A stretch of 64,000 bases of DNA, taken from positions 64,001-128,000 of the IMG/VR virus record IMGVR_UViG_3300009161_000023; one strand, written 5' to 3'. Source of the DNA: a virus. The notes under the pieces were generated by a model. The model saw only the letters and a list, made by a program, of their open reading frames with translations. It made no database searches and had not been told where the DNA came from. Positions 27,176 through 37,467 of the stretch are shown here, one piece after another (within the stretch, counting starts at the first letter, position 1; each line of letters starts with the position of its first letter). A program made the translations under genes and the position numbers.

Positions 27176-27489
27176 TCGATCAGAATTGTTATTGGGTTGT
27201 TTTCTTGAGAATTAGTAGGATTTTTAATTTTTTTAATGTTTTTTTCTTGTTCTTTAATCATATTATCAAGATTATTTACAATTGTTTTTAATTGATAATC
27301 ATTAAGTTGCACAGCTAAATTATTGGAAATATTATTTTGTTCTCTTTTATCTCTTTTTTTTTCAACTTTTTCAACAATAGAAAGTGCAGACCTAAGAATT
27401 GGTTTAATATTTTCAAAAACAAAGTCATTAGGTGTATTCTGCAAAGCCAATAATAAATGTTTTTTTAAAATACTAGTATTATGTTTCAT
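27172..27489 (-). CDS. Hypothetical coiled-coil protein
   Basis: 105 aa, starts 1 nt after the upstream stop. Confidence 0.7.
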   Translation of the reverse strand: MKHNTSILKKHLLLALQNTPNDFVFENIKPILRSALSIVEKVEKKRDKREQNNISNNLAVQLNDYQLKTIVNNLDNMIKEQEKNIKKIKNPTNSQENNPITILID

Positions 27490-27490
27490 G

Positions 27491-28312
27491 TTATTTCCTT
27501 ATAAAGTCAAATATTTGAAATTTATTATCAAAAATAGAAAAAGCATTTTTGTCGTCAGATACAACTTCATTTTTCCTGCATTTTACCTGAATATTATTTT
27601 TAAAAGGCCTAATACTTAATTTTTCATTTTCTAAAAACGCACATTTTAAAAACAACATATTTTTCTTAACTTCATCTATGTTTTTTATATGTTCAAAACT
27701 TACAAATAAATTAATTAAAGATTTATCTTTATTTCTATTTTCAAAAAATTCATTAAATTCTTTGTTTTTACAATTTAAAATATTTATTTTTTTATTTTCA
27801 AAATTAATATTCAATTCAAATTCTTCTTTTTTATTTGTAATTTTAAATTTATTTATAGGTAAAAAACAATCATAATCTTTAGATGTTATTTCAAAATAAT
27901 CATCTTTATTAGTTGATATTAGCATCTCAGAAATTAATAATTTTGCATAATTAGCATTTTTAAATGTTTGATTGCTTAATTCATCTGCATAGCTTTCAAA
28001 AAAATCATTTATGCAATTGTCATCAGCGTATATTTTTAAAAAATCTGGTATTGCATTTTCTTTATAATAATTTCTACATTCTACTAAAAATTCATTTTTA
28101 TTTTTATTAATATTTCTATTAAATAATGAAATTTCTTTCAAACTTAATTTGTCTAGATTGTAATCAATAAAATTTTTATCAATTAAACAATTTTTAATCC
28201 ATTCCGATGAAAACATATTATTTCTTAATGCTTTTTTATATTCATTAAGTTTTATTTTTATACTTAGCTTAGTTTCTTTTTTAAGTAAGCTTTCTTTAAA
28301 AGATATTACCAT
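27491..28312 (-). CDS. Hypothetical protein
   Basis: 273 aa, start overlaps the terminase stop; MVISFKESLLKKE N-terminus. Confidence 0.7.
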   Translation of the reverse strand: MVISFKESLLKKETKLSIKIKLNEYKKALRNNMFSSEWIKNCLIDKNFIDYNLDKLSLKEISLFNRNINKNKNEFLVECRNYYKENAIPDFLKIYADDNCINDFFESYADELSNQTFKNANYAKLLISEMLISTNKDDYFEITSKDYDCFLPINKFKITNKKEEFELNINFENKKINILNCKNKEFNEFFENRNKDKSLINLFVSFEHIKNIDEVKKNMLFLKCAFLENEKLSIRPFKNNIQVKCRKNEVVSDDKNAFSIFDNKFQIFDFIRK

Positions 28313-30090
28313 CCAAACTCCTTAAGCATGTCATTGTTTTTTCTGTACTTTTCTATTAATAAAGTCTTTGCTTCTTCGTTTAATTTACTGCCTTCAAACT
28401 TATCTTCTTTATAATTATTGCCATAATCTGATATATTTAATCTTAACTCTCTTTTAAGTTCTTCTAATGTTTGATTTTTAATCACAGCTAAATTATTTGG
28501 ATCTGTAGAATTATTATCTCCAACATTAAATGAAGCTATATCTCTAAAAATTTGTTCTCTTGCGTATAAAGCTATAGATAAAGACATTATAGCATCATCA
28601 TGCTTTCCTTTTTGTGCTTGGGCTTTTTTACTTACTGTATTATATTCAAATGTTTTAATCTCTTTGGAAAATCTTGTGGAATTAATTTTAATTTGACTAT
28701 TATAAATTTTTTGTTGTAAGTTTTGTAAAATTACTGTTCGATTTTTAATCGTAATTTTAATACCAGGCTTTATATTGTTTTTAGTTTGATTGTCATAGTA
28801 CAAATTTTCATAATAATAATCATGTTGTAGAGCATTTAATATTGCACCTCCTGTGGACATATCTTCAATTACCAACAAAGCATTATTGTAAAAAGAGCCT
28901 ATTTCTTTACAGACTTGAGAAAATTCATGGGTTGGAATATTATTACTATAAAATTCAGCTACTTGCTCTAAGGTATTTTGATTTATTATTTGTATACATG
29001 AATTATCTCCGTGATCTCCAATTCCTTCGGCTGAATCTACACCAGCTATATATTCTTGTCCATTTTGCGGTTCTTTCCATATCCATAAAGAACCTTTAGA
29101 ATCTTCTTCTTCTAATTCATCGTTCCGATTTGCAAATTGAGGAAATAATTTTTTTAATGGTGGTGATTCTCTAGTGTATTTATCTATCTCAGTCAACTTA
29201 TTAGAAGCAATATAAGTTTCTCCAGAACCTAAAAACACCCTTAGCACTTCTTGTAAAAACCCTCTTTCTCCAAGTTGAGATTTTTGTTCTTTTACCCATT
29301 GTGGATTTAGTTTATCATTATAATCAGGATGTTCCCAATAATCTAAATCAATAACATTAAACATGTTTTTCTTTTCATTTGCAGCATTATAAGTTTCTTC
29401 GTACCAGTTACCAACACCGTTTACAGTAGAAATTATAACACAGCTTCCACCTGTACTTAAAACAGGCCACATAGCTTTCCAATGAGTTTCCATATCTGGG
29501 ATAAATGCAGCTTCATCAATTATTAATAATGTTGTTGCTTTACCACGGGCAGCTTCAGGCGAATAAAACATTAAATTGCCACCAGTTTCAGAAAATTGCT
29601 TTAAATGATCATTCCATTTTCCTTCTTTTTTTGGCTTCAACCATTCTGGTAAATTTTCTGCTGCTCTGTCTACCATCATACCAATAACAGTTGCTTCACG
29701 ATCAGTTTTTGATAAAAGCATGACTTGTTGATCTAACCTAAACATACATCGCCACATTCCCCAAAGCAAAGTAGTGGTCGTTAATCCTCCTTGACGGAAT
29801 TTACTAATAATATTAAATCTTTTTCTCTCGTAATCTTTAATACATTTTACTTGATAAGTAAACATAATAAATGGTATCAAGCCTTTTGTTGGATGTAGTA
29901 TTTTTACATATTTATGACAAAAATAAGAGAAACTTTTAGTGCATTTTACAATTTCTTCTTGTTGTTTTCTTACATCATAAGTATTTAATTCAGCTACGGT
30001 TTCATTTGGATTAATTTCAAATTGATAGTTATCAAAATGATAGAAGCTTTGATTGTATTTACTGTAATAAAAATTTTTATAATTTGCCAT
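28306..30090 (-). CDS. terL: Terminase large subunit, T4 gp17-like
   Basis: KFRQGGLTTT (variant Walker A), LLIIDEAAF (Walker B), IISTVNG (motif C), YIAGVDSAEG and HDDAIMS (RNase H-like nuclease). Confidence 0.95.
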   Translation of the reverse strand: MANYKNFYYSKYNQSFYHFDNYQFEINPNETVAELNTYDVRKQQEEIVKCTKSFSYFCHKYVKILHPTKGLIPFIMFTYQVKCIKDYERKRFNIISKFRQGGLTTTTLLWGMWRCMFRLDQQVMLLSKTDREATVIGMMVDRAAENLPEWLKPKKEGKWNDHLKQFSETGGNLMFYSPEAARGKATTLLIIDEAAFIPDMETHWKAMWPVLSTGGSCVIISTVNGVGNWYEETYNAANEKKNMFNVIDLDYWEHPDYNDKLNPQWVKEQKSQLGERGFLQEVLRVFLGSGETYIASNKLTEIDKYTRESPPLKKLFPQFANRNDELEEEDSKGSLWIWKEPQNGQEYIAGVDSAEGIGDHGDNSCIQIINQNTLEQVAEFYSNNIPTHEFSQVCKEIGSFYNNALLVIEDMSTGGAILNALQHDYYYENLYYDNQTKNNIKPGIKITIKNRTVILQNLQQKIYNSQIKINSTRFSKEIKTFEYNTVSKKAQAQKGKHDDAIMSLSIALYAREQIFRDIASFNVGDNNSTDPNNLAVIKNQTLEELKRELRLNISDYGNNYKEDKFEGSKLNEEAKTLLIEKYRKNNDMLKEFGW

Positions 30091-30161
30091 TGGTTTCTCT
30101 TGTTTTATATACTATGTTTATTTATAATATTATTGTTATTATTTAATAAAAAGGAGATAAT

Positions 30162-30599
30162 ATGAATTTAGAAACATTAATTCAAAATTTAAAAGAAGAT
30201 TTAAAAAACGAAAGAAAGCATATGCTTTTTTATTTAACAAACGCAAGTACTGTAATAGGACTTTGTAGATTTGAAATAAAAGAGTTTTTATTAGAAGAAG
30301 CTGCTAGTGAGATGAAACATGTTGAACAATTTCAAAATTTAATTTTAGGATTAAATGGTGAAATTAATGATTGTGAGCATAATCACTTTGATGTATTTAA
30401 AGATGCTGGTGAAATATTAACATATGCTTACAAGATGGAAACTGAAGTAGTTTATAACTACACAAGAAGAATTAAAGAAGCACAAGAATTAAATGACTCT
30501 AATGGATTATGGATTGAAATATTCTTAGAAAGTCAAATTGCTAAGAGCAGAGAAGATATAGATAACATTAAACAGGTATTGGCAGGTATTAAACAATAG
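30162..30599 (+). CDS. Ferritin/bacterioferritin-like di-iron protein
   Basis: 145 aa four-helix pattern with NE..., SEMKH, METE; AAGGAG SD. Confidence 0.8.
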   Translation: MNLETLIQNLKEDLKNERKHMLFYLTNASTVIGLCRFEIKEFLLEEAASEMKHVEQFQNLILGLNGEINDCEHNHFDVFKDAGEILTYAYKMETEVVYNYTRRIKEAQELNDSNGLWIEIFLESQIAKSREDIDNIKQVLAGIKQ

Positions 30600-30643
30600 T
30601 AAAAATACTTATTAATAATTTTTATATTATTAATAAATATTAC

Positions 30644-31327
30644 ATGCCAATATCAACACCCAAAAAATTAGTATTTGTTCATGTGCCAAAAACTGGTGGC
30701 CAAACAATTTTGAAGTATTTAAAATTTGAAAGAAAAATCAGAGCTTTTTACGGTAGAACAAAACATGTTTTTGAAAATACTAAATACGGTAAAAAAACAA
30801 TTTCTGGTATTGAATATAGCCATTATACTTTAAGCCTTTTTAAAAAATATTTAAATTACAAAGAATTTAAATATTCTTTTTCTTTTGTAAGAAATCCATT
30901 TGAAAGATTAGTTTCAGAGTTTCATTGGAGAATAAGAGCAAGAATCTCGTGTTGGCCTCTCCAAGATATAGAGCTTAAACCAAGTAACTTTGAAATGTTT
31001 GTACATAAATTATCAGAATATAAACTTAGTTATTCTGAAAAAGATCTTATCTTGGAATCTCATTATTACCCACAGACTAAATTTGTTTATTTAGATTCAT
31101 ATTTTGAAAATAATAATAAAAATGCAAAGGTTTCATTTATTGGTAGATTTGAAAATTTAGAAGAAGATTTAAAAAAAATAGGATCTATTTATAATATTGA
31201 TCGTATAATTCCTTGGCGAAATTCCACATCACATGAAGACTATAAAAGTTTCTATAACAAAACTACTAAAAAGCTAGTTGAGAAAATTTATGAAACTGAC
31301 TTAAATAATTTTAATTATATTTTTTGA
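30644..31327 (+). CDS. Sulfotransferase family 2
   Basis: FVHVPKTGGQT, FVRNPFERLVSEF, HYYPQ, IGRFENLEEDL, IYETDLNNFNY. Confidence 0.88.
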   Translation: MPISTPKKLVFVHVPKTGGQTILKYLKFERKIRAFYGRTKHVFENTKYGKKTISGIEYSHYTLSLFKKYLNYKEFKYSFSFVRNPFERLVSEFHWRIRARISCWPLQDIELKPSNFEMFVHKLSEYKLSYSEKDLILESHYYPQTKFVYLDSYFENNNKNAKVSFIGRFENLEEDLKKIGSIYNIDRIIPWRNSTSHEDYKSFYNKTTKKLVEKIYETDLNNFNYIF

Positions 31328-31396
31328 AAATTATGTTACTTATTATAAATAAAATTAAGAAAACTATATCAGTTAAAATATAAGAAAGCAGAAGTT

Positions 31397-32269
31397 ATGG
31401 CATTTTTTCAAAATCCGTTTGAGTTTACATTTAATGGTTCTTTATTTGGGATTGGCCCTCAATACAATATTTCCTATGGAATAGGGGCAAATAGAAATAA
31501 ATCTAATTATATTACTTTGTATAATCTTGAACCTTATGATTTGTCTCAAGGAGCAGAATTAATTTTTAATGTTGCAATTGATCCAGACATGCTTCACTTT
31601 GGTTCTTTTTCTGTTACTATAACAGGATTAGATCTTACTGCTATTACAGCTGCTGAAGTTGCTGCATCTTTAAATTCGAATGTTAATTTTAGTCAATATT
31701 TTACTGCGAAAACTATTAAATTTGCTGCGAGCGATATTAATAGTACAGTTTTAATGGTTGCTAAAAATAGAATGTTCTTTAGATGTTATGTTTCTAATGC
31801 AAGTGCATGCTTTCCTTTAGCTATAAATAAATATGCACCAGTTAAAGAGCTTCCAGATCTTTTTCAACAATATGCTGTTAAAAATATTTTTAACTATTTA
31901 AGCTATGGATCTCAAAGAATAATTTATCTAGATCCTTCTTCTCCTGATGATGCTAAGGTTATTACTAATGCTGGATTTGATCCTGATAATCCAACTCCTG
32001 ATTGGAAGCTCCTTGCTAGTGCATCTCCTCTTTATACATTTACTAAAACAGTTTATAATTCTGAAGATTCTTCCATTTATTGTAAATTAGTTTATCACGC
32101 TGGTGCTATTGCTGGTCAAATGTGTAAGAAAATTATTTATGAATATGATGAAAGTGAAAATGTCATTGGAGTATGTGAAATACCTTATATTTTAAAAAAT
32201 GATGATTTAATATATCCAGCAACTACAACTACAACTACAACTACAACTACAACTACTCCTACTCCTTAA
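31397..32269 (+). CDS. Putative virion structural protein with a poly-Thr tail
   Basis: Beta-rich MAFFQNPF protein ending in T12-PTP ((acaact)n microsatellite). Confidence 0.7.
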   Translation: MAFFQNPFEFTFNGSLFGIGPQYNISYGIGANRNKSNYITLYNLEPYDLSQGAELIFNVAIDPDMLHFGSFSVTITGLDLTAITAAEVAASLNSNVNFSQYFTAKTIKFAASDINSTVLMVAKNRMFFRCYVSNASACFPLAINKYAPVKELPDLFQQYAVKNIFNYLSYGSQRIIYLDPSSPDDAKVITNAGFDPDNPTPDWKLLASASPLYTFTKTVYNSEDSSIYCKLVYHAGAIAGQMCKKIIYEYDESENVIGVCEIPYILKNDDLIYPATTTTTTTTTTTTPTP

Positions 32270-32280
32270 TTTATAGAAGA

Positions 32281-32838
32281 TTAAATAAAATCATTCCCCC
32301 AATTTTTTCTTATTTCATTAATAAGTCTTTCTTTATTCTTTTCTTTTACTAATTGATTTTCTTCAATTATTTTTTTATTTTTTTCAATTATTATTTTCTT
32401 TGAATGATGATATAAAGATTCTATTGTAGGTTCCCAATTTCCATCTGGATTATAAACAATTAAATTACTTGATTCTTCGTGATATTTTAAGTATCCTTTA
32501 TAATAAAGTTTTATTTCAGAATCAGAATTTAAATATTTAATTTCTAATCCATTTCCATATCTTAAACCATCGTACCATAAACCAATTTGATAGGACACAT
32601 TGTTTTCTGAAAATGTTTTAACTTCATCATCTTCTTTATCGTAAAATCCATCGTTTATATCTAGTAAATTTTCTGTTTCCGAACCTTCGTTATCATAAAT
32701 AATAGGATCTCCAAGAGCTTGACAAATTAACGCTAGCTTGCCTTGTGTTCCCATTAAATCTTTATTGATAGCTTCTACTATTCTTTGTTGTTTTATTTTA
32801 TTATTTATGTCCATACGGATATCTATAATTAGAGACAT
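32281..32838 (-). CDS. Hypothetical protein
   Basis: 185-aa ORF, normal composition. Confidence 0.75.
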   Translation of the reverse strand: MSLIIDIRMDINNKIKQQRIVEAINKDLMGTQGKLALICQALGDPIIYDNEGSETENLLDINDGFYDKEDDEVKTFSENNVSYQIGLWYDGLRYGNGLEIKYLNSDSEIKLYYKGYLKYHEESSNLIVYNPDGNWEPTIESLYHHSKKIIIEKNKKIIEENQLVKEKNKERLINEIRKNWGNDFI

Positions 32839-32864
32839 TTTTTATTTTAACAAAAGGAGTAGTT

Positions 32865-34463
32865 ATGTTTGATTTAATAAAGTCTATAATTGATAATATT
32901 TTTGTTTTAGTTGGATTTAAAAAATCAAAAAAAGAAACTTGTCTTTTCAATAACAAACCAACAGTTCAATTGCTTAATGATCCAACAACACCAAGACTAA
33001 AAATTTCTAAAGTTATTATTCCAGCAAATTTTTTAAACTTTACTGTTAAAGGATTTAATTCAACAGGAAATATTTTATTGAGTGAATCTTGGCAAAAAGA
33101 AAATGTTTATGCAAACATTAATGGTGCATTGGCTTACCTTAAACAATATTTTCCTCAGAATGTTAATAAATGGGCAGCAGTAAACAGTTTGACTGTTGAT
33201 ACTAGAGCAGGTAATGATGCAAATGCATATTACGATAGAAGGAATTTAAAGTTTTTTTATTTTAATGCCAATAAAAAAACTATTTATACATGTGATTCTG
33301 CTGATGTTGTAGTACATGAATTAGGCCATGCTATATTAGATTCTATCAGACCAGATTTTTGGAATTTAGCAGCATTTGAAATTGGTGCATTTCATGAATC
33401 TTTTGGTGATTTAACTTCATTATTAACTTGCCTTAGTTATGATCTATGTTTAAATTCTGTTTTAAAAGATACTAATAATGATTTGAGTAAATCAAATTTT
33501 GTAAGTAAACTTGCAGAACAATTTGGTGTTTCATTAAAAATTGGTAATTCATTAAGAAATGCCTTGAATGATTATAATTATGTTGATCCAAAAACATTGC
33601 CTTATGATGGCAATGGATTGATTCAAGAAATTCATAGTTTTTCTCAAGTATGGACAGGAACATTTTATGATTTGCTAGTTGAATTTTTTAATTTGTATGG
33701 TAAAAATTATGCTGCTTTAGTTAAAGCTAGAGATTTATCAGCAGAATTTTTGTATAATGCAATTCAAAACACACCATCAAATCCTAATTTTTTCAAAGCT
33801 TTAGCAACTAATTATATTTCATACGATTTAACAAAATATAATTCTCAATATAATTCTATTTTAATAAAAGTTTTTACAAAAAGAAATTTAATTTCTGCTT
33901 CTTTATCTGATTCTTTGACAAATAATAAATTTAATATTATGAACGAGGGAAACAATATATTATTTAAAGAAGAAAAATTTGTTTCTTTAGATGCTAAAGA
34001 ATTCGATATAAATATTGATGAATTCAATGTTCAAATTGCAGCCGATACTTACAAGCCAAAAAACAATTCGTTTAACATGCTTTCTATTGAAAATAATATA
34101 GATGAATCTTTAGAAGCAGCAAAATTATTTGTTAGATATTTAAAAAACAAAGATAGTATTGGCAATAATAAAAATCAATCTTGGGAAATTGATTCAAAAA
34201 CAAATTTATTGACAAGAAAATTTTCTTGTTATGGTGATTTGGGATTTATTAACAATTGCACAATTGAAGGTCAGCCAGAGTTTGGCAAGTGTTGGAAAGC
34301 AGAAAATAATTCTGGTTGTTGTCCTTTTGGTTGTAAAACAACCACAGAATCATCAATTCCAGAAAAACCTGTATGTAGCATAAGCTATAACAGCTGCAAT
34401 AAAAGTTCTTATATTAGCTGCAACGGAACAGTTAATAGTGTTTGTAATTGTAAAACAAGATAA
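32865..34463 (+). CDS. Zinc metalloprotease, M4/M36 (thermolysin/fungalysin) type, with a Cys-rich C-terminal tail
   Basis: NAYY, DVVVHELGHAILD (HExxH), FHESFGD (third ligand), EIHSFSQVW; AAAGGAG SD. Confidence 0.9.
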   Translation: MFDLIKSIIDNIFVLVGFKKSKKETCLFNNKPTVQLLNDPTTPRLKISKVIIPANFLNFTVKGFNSTGNILLSESWQKENVYANINGALAYLKQYFPQNVNKWAAVNSLTVDTRAGNDANAYYDRRNLKFFYFNANKKTIYTCDSADVVVHELGHAILDSIRPDFWNLAAFEIGAFHESFGDLTSLLTCLSYDLCLNSVLKDTNNDLSKSNFVSKLAEQFGVSLKIGNSLRNALNDYNYVDPKTLPYDGNGLIQEIHSFSQVWTGTFYDLLVEFFNLYGKNYAALVKARDLSAEFLYNAIQNTPSNPNFFKALATNYISYDLTKYNSQYNSILIKVFTKRNLISASLSDSLTNNKFNIMNEGNNILFKEEKFVSLDAKEFDINIDEFNVQIAADTYKPKNNSFNMLSIENNIDESLEAAKLFVRYLKNKDSIGNNKNQSWEIDSKTNLLTRKFSCYGDLGFINNCTIEGQPEFGKCWKAENNSGCCPFGCKTTTESSIPEKPVCSISYNSCNKSSYISCNGTVNSVCNCKTR

Positions 34464-34483
34464 AAACTCTTAGAAAGGATTAT

Positions 34484-34606
34484 ATGTTCGATGAAATACT
34501 TTTTTTCTGTGCTGGTTTACTTGTTGGTTGGAATTTAATACCGCAACCAACTTGGGTTAAATTACTTTATGATAAAATAATGTCAAAATTATTTCAAAAT
34601 TCATAA
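34484..34606 (+). CDS. Small membrane protein (40 aa)
   Basis: Not in the ORF track. AGAAAGGA SD; MFDEILFFCAGLLVGWNLIPQPTWVKLLYDKIMSKLFQNS, one TM helix plus a GWNxxPQPxW motif recalled from other phage small proteins. Confidence 0.75.
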   Translation: MFDEILFFCAGLLVGWNLIPQPTWVKLLYDKIMSKLFQNS

Positions 34607-34627
34607 TTTATTTAAATTGATCAATAT

Positions 34628-34667
34628 ATAACAAAAGAAATTTATTTAAATAAATTTCTTTTGTTAT
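34628..34667. repeat. Perfect 40-bp palindrome (probable terminator or cruciform)
   Basis: ataacaaaagaaatttattt|aaataaatttcttttgttat with no spacer. Confidence 0.9.
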
Positions 34668-34716
34668 TTTGTGTTTTAAAATATAATAAATTATGTTTTC
34701 TAAAAGGGAGGAAATT

Positions 34717-35133
<417 letters not shown>

Positions 35134-35174
35134 ACAAGAAGCATATAGAAACTATTAAAAAAGGCGGTGTACAA

Positions 35175-36467
35175 ATTAAAACTATCATTGTGATTGGTGC
35201 TGGAATTTCTGGATTATCAGCAGCTAAAAGCTTGAAAACAAAAGGTTATAATGTTACTGTTCTTGAAGCTAAAAATTATATTGGCGGAAGAATTAAAACA
35301 CATGATTTTAATGGTATAAAATTAGAAATGGGAGCTTCTTGGGTACATGGACAAATTGGTAATCCTGTAGGAAAAATTGTTAAAAAACAAGGAGGAAGGC
35401 TTGTTCTTTCAGATTATAAACCTCATATTTACTATAATAAAAAAAATAAAAAATTTAATTTTAAAAAAGGAATTCTTAAGAAATTTTATGATAATTTAAA
35501 AGCTATTAAAAAAGACAAAGTTGACCAATCAATACTTAATGCTTGGAATACTTTTGTAAAAGAATCATTAAAAAATTCAAAAAAATATACTCCTTCACTT
35601 ATTGGCGATTTATTTCAAACCATTATATATGATTTTCAAGCTGAGGTTGGAGGTGATTTATCAGAAATTTCTGCTCAACAATGGGATGAAGATGGCGAAC
35701 TTGAAGGAGGAGATCACTTAGTTTTAAAAGGATATGAAAGAGTAACTGAATTTTTAGCTAATGGTTTAAATATAATCTTGAATACACCAATTAAAAAAAT
35801 TGAAGATAATAAAAAATCTGTTAAGGTAACAACAGTAGGAGGCACTGAATACATTGCGGATTATGTTGTTGTTTCAGTGTCTTTAGGAGTGTTAAAAAGC
35901 AACTCTATTACTTTCATTCCTGCTTTACCTAAAAACAAGAAAATTGCTATAGATACAATTAAAATGAGTAATTTTTTAAAAACTTGGTTAGTTTTTGAAA
36001 AAGATTTTTGGAGCAACGCACAAGATATACAGTTTTTTACAAATCATTTATTTTTAGATTTTTTTAACCCTTTATCAGTATCAGCTAATCACTCGGCATC
36101 TTTTAAAAATCCAATTTTATTGGCAATGCATGGAGGAAAACAAGCTGAAAAGGTTAGAGGACTTACAAGTGATCAGATCTCACAAAAAGTTTATAATGTA
36201 CTTGAAAAAGTTTATGGTGGAAAAACAACAAAACCTACTGTGCATCAGAGTTCATGGCATAACGATCAATATACATTAGGAAGTTATTCGTTTATTCCAG
36301 TTGGAGGCAATATAAGCATGTATGATGATATGGCCAAACCATATGGAAAAATTTATTTTGCTGGGGAGCATACATTTGGTAGATTTCATGCAACAACACA
36401 TGGTGCATTTTGGTCTGGTAAAAGAGCAGCAATCGAAATAGATTCTAGAATTTCTTCAATCATTTAA
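35175..36467 (+). CDS. Flavin-containing amine oxidase (MAO/PAO family)
   Basis: IVIGAGISGL.AA, LEA..YIGGR, GASWVHG, W..DQYTLGSYS, FAGEHT..TTHGAFWSG. Start placed at ATT 35175 (see finding); track start GTG 35190. Confidence 0.92.
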   Translation: MKTIIVIGAGISGLSAAKSLKTKGYNVTVLEAKNYIGGRIKTHDFNGIKLEMGASWVHGQIGNPVGKIVKKQGGRLVLSDYKPHIYYNKKNKKFNFKKGILKKFYDNLKAIKKDKVDQSILNAWNTFVKESLKNSKKYTPSLIGDLFQTIIYDFQAEVGGDLSEISAQQWDEDGELEGGDHLVLKGYERVTEFLANGLNIILNTPIKKIEDNKKSVKVTTVGGTEYIADYVVVSVSLGVLKSNSITFIPALPKNKKIAIDTIKMSNFLKTWLVFEKDFWSNAQDIQFFTNHLFLDFFNPLSVSANHSASFKNPILLAMHGGKQAEKVRGLTSDQISQKVYNVLEKVYGGKTTKPTVHQSSWHNDQYTLGSYSFIPVGGNISMYDDMAKPYGKIYFAGEHTFGRFHATTHGAFWSGKRAAIEIDSRISSII

Positions 36468-36938
36468 TTTTAATTGAATGTTTTTAACCATAGATATTCT
36501 TATGCTTTTTAAATTTAATATTCCAATAGCCTTGTCTTTAAAAAAACCATTCGAATGTAAATGTTGAATCATGTAAAACAAATAATTAGGATCAATTTTA
36601 TTAGATGTAACTTTTATTCCAATTTTTTCTTTATCAAAATGTTTATTTGGTTTTCCTACTTCTTCAACAGAACCTTTTCTTGTTATCCAAAAATTAGCTT
36701 CTGGTAAATTAACTTTAACATTTGCTATATCTGAAAATTTTAAAATTTCATTATTTTCTAGCTTGTAAAATTTAGGTTTGGGTTTTCTTTTTCTAATACC
36801 AGTTGGTGGCAAGTTACTGAAATCATAATTTAATCCAGGTCCACCTAAACCATTAATCCAACTTGAAATTGCTTGATTGCTAACACCATCTTGATTGTTT
36901 GTCGCAATTTCGTTTAAAAATTTTAAAAATGATTTCAT
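36456..36938 (-). CDS. Putative internal protein: capsid-targeting-like leader plus an HsdS TRD-like domain
   Basis: ATG 36938 gives MKSFLKFLNE; C-terminal KFSDIANV...IDPNYLFY...F..KAIG...SIRISMVKNIQL resembles a type I R-M specificity half-domain. Confidence 0.6.
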   Translation of the reverse strand: MKSFLKFLNEIATNNQDGVSNQAISSWINGLGGPGLNYDFSNLPPTGIRKRKPKPKFYKLENNEILKFSDIANVKVNLPEANFWITRKGSVEEVGKPNKHFDKEKIGIKVTSNKIDPNYLFYMIQHLHSNGFFKDKAIGILNLKSIRISMVKNIQLKLND

Positions 36939-36948
36939 AATATTACTA

Positions 36949-36956
36949 ATATATAT
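36949..36956. promoter_or_regulatory. ATATATAT putative late-promoter element between divergent genes
   Basis: In the 22-nt gap between ATG 36938 (-) and ATG 36961 (+), where neither gene has an SD. Confidence 0.5.
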
Positions 36957-36960
36957 CATT

Positions 36961-37467
36961 ATGAACAACAAAAATACTTGGAATGGCGTTTTAATTATTG
37001 ATGAATTTATCGTATACAGAGATAAAAAAATAATTTATAAAGAAAATAATATTAATAATATTTTTCATTCTAGTGGGCAGTTTTATTTTTTGAAAATATT
37101 ATTTAAGCATTTAAGTGCTCCTAATAATTATTATTTAGGACTGGATAACAGAAGTGTTGTTACCTTAGAAAACACTCTTGAATCTATTGAAGGTGAACCA
37201 GTAGGAAAAGGATATATAAGACAATCTGTTTCTTCTAATAATTTTCAATTAAATCAAGGACAAAATGGAAACTATAGAGTTGTTGGCCCAACAGTAACAT
37301 TTAACGCAACTACTAACAAATGGGGTCCTGTTAAAAATATATTTCTTACAAATTCTTCTTCGGGAACCGATGGACATTTAATTTCTTCTGCTAATTTAGC
37401 TGAATCTATAACTTTAAATCCTCCAGATTCAGCAACATTGAAATTTGCCTTTGCTTTTTCTAATTAG
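36961..37467 (+). CDS. Virion structural protein (tail/baseplate-associated)
   Basis: YYLGLDNR..E..G.GY.RQ..VTF.A..WGPVKNIFL pattern, related in style to 7477..7878; start refined from 36895. Confidence 0.65.
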   Translation: MNNKNTWNGVLIIDEFIVYRDKKIIYKENNINNIFHSSGQFYFLKILFKHLSAPNNYYLGLDNRSVVTLENTLESIEGEPVGKGYIRQSVSSNNFQLNQGQNGNYRVVGPTVTFNATTNKWGPVKNIFLTNSSSGTDGHLISSANLAESITLNPPDSATLKFAFAFSN

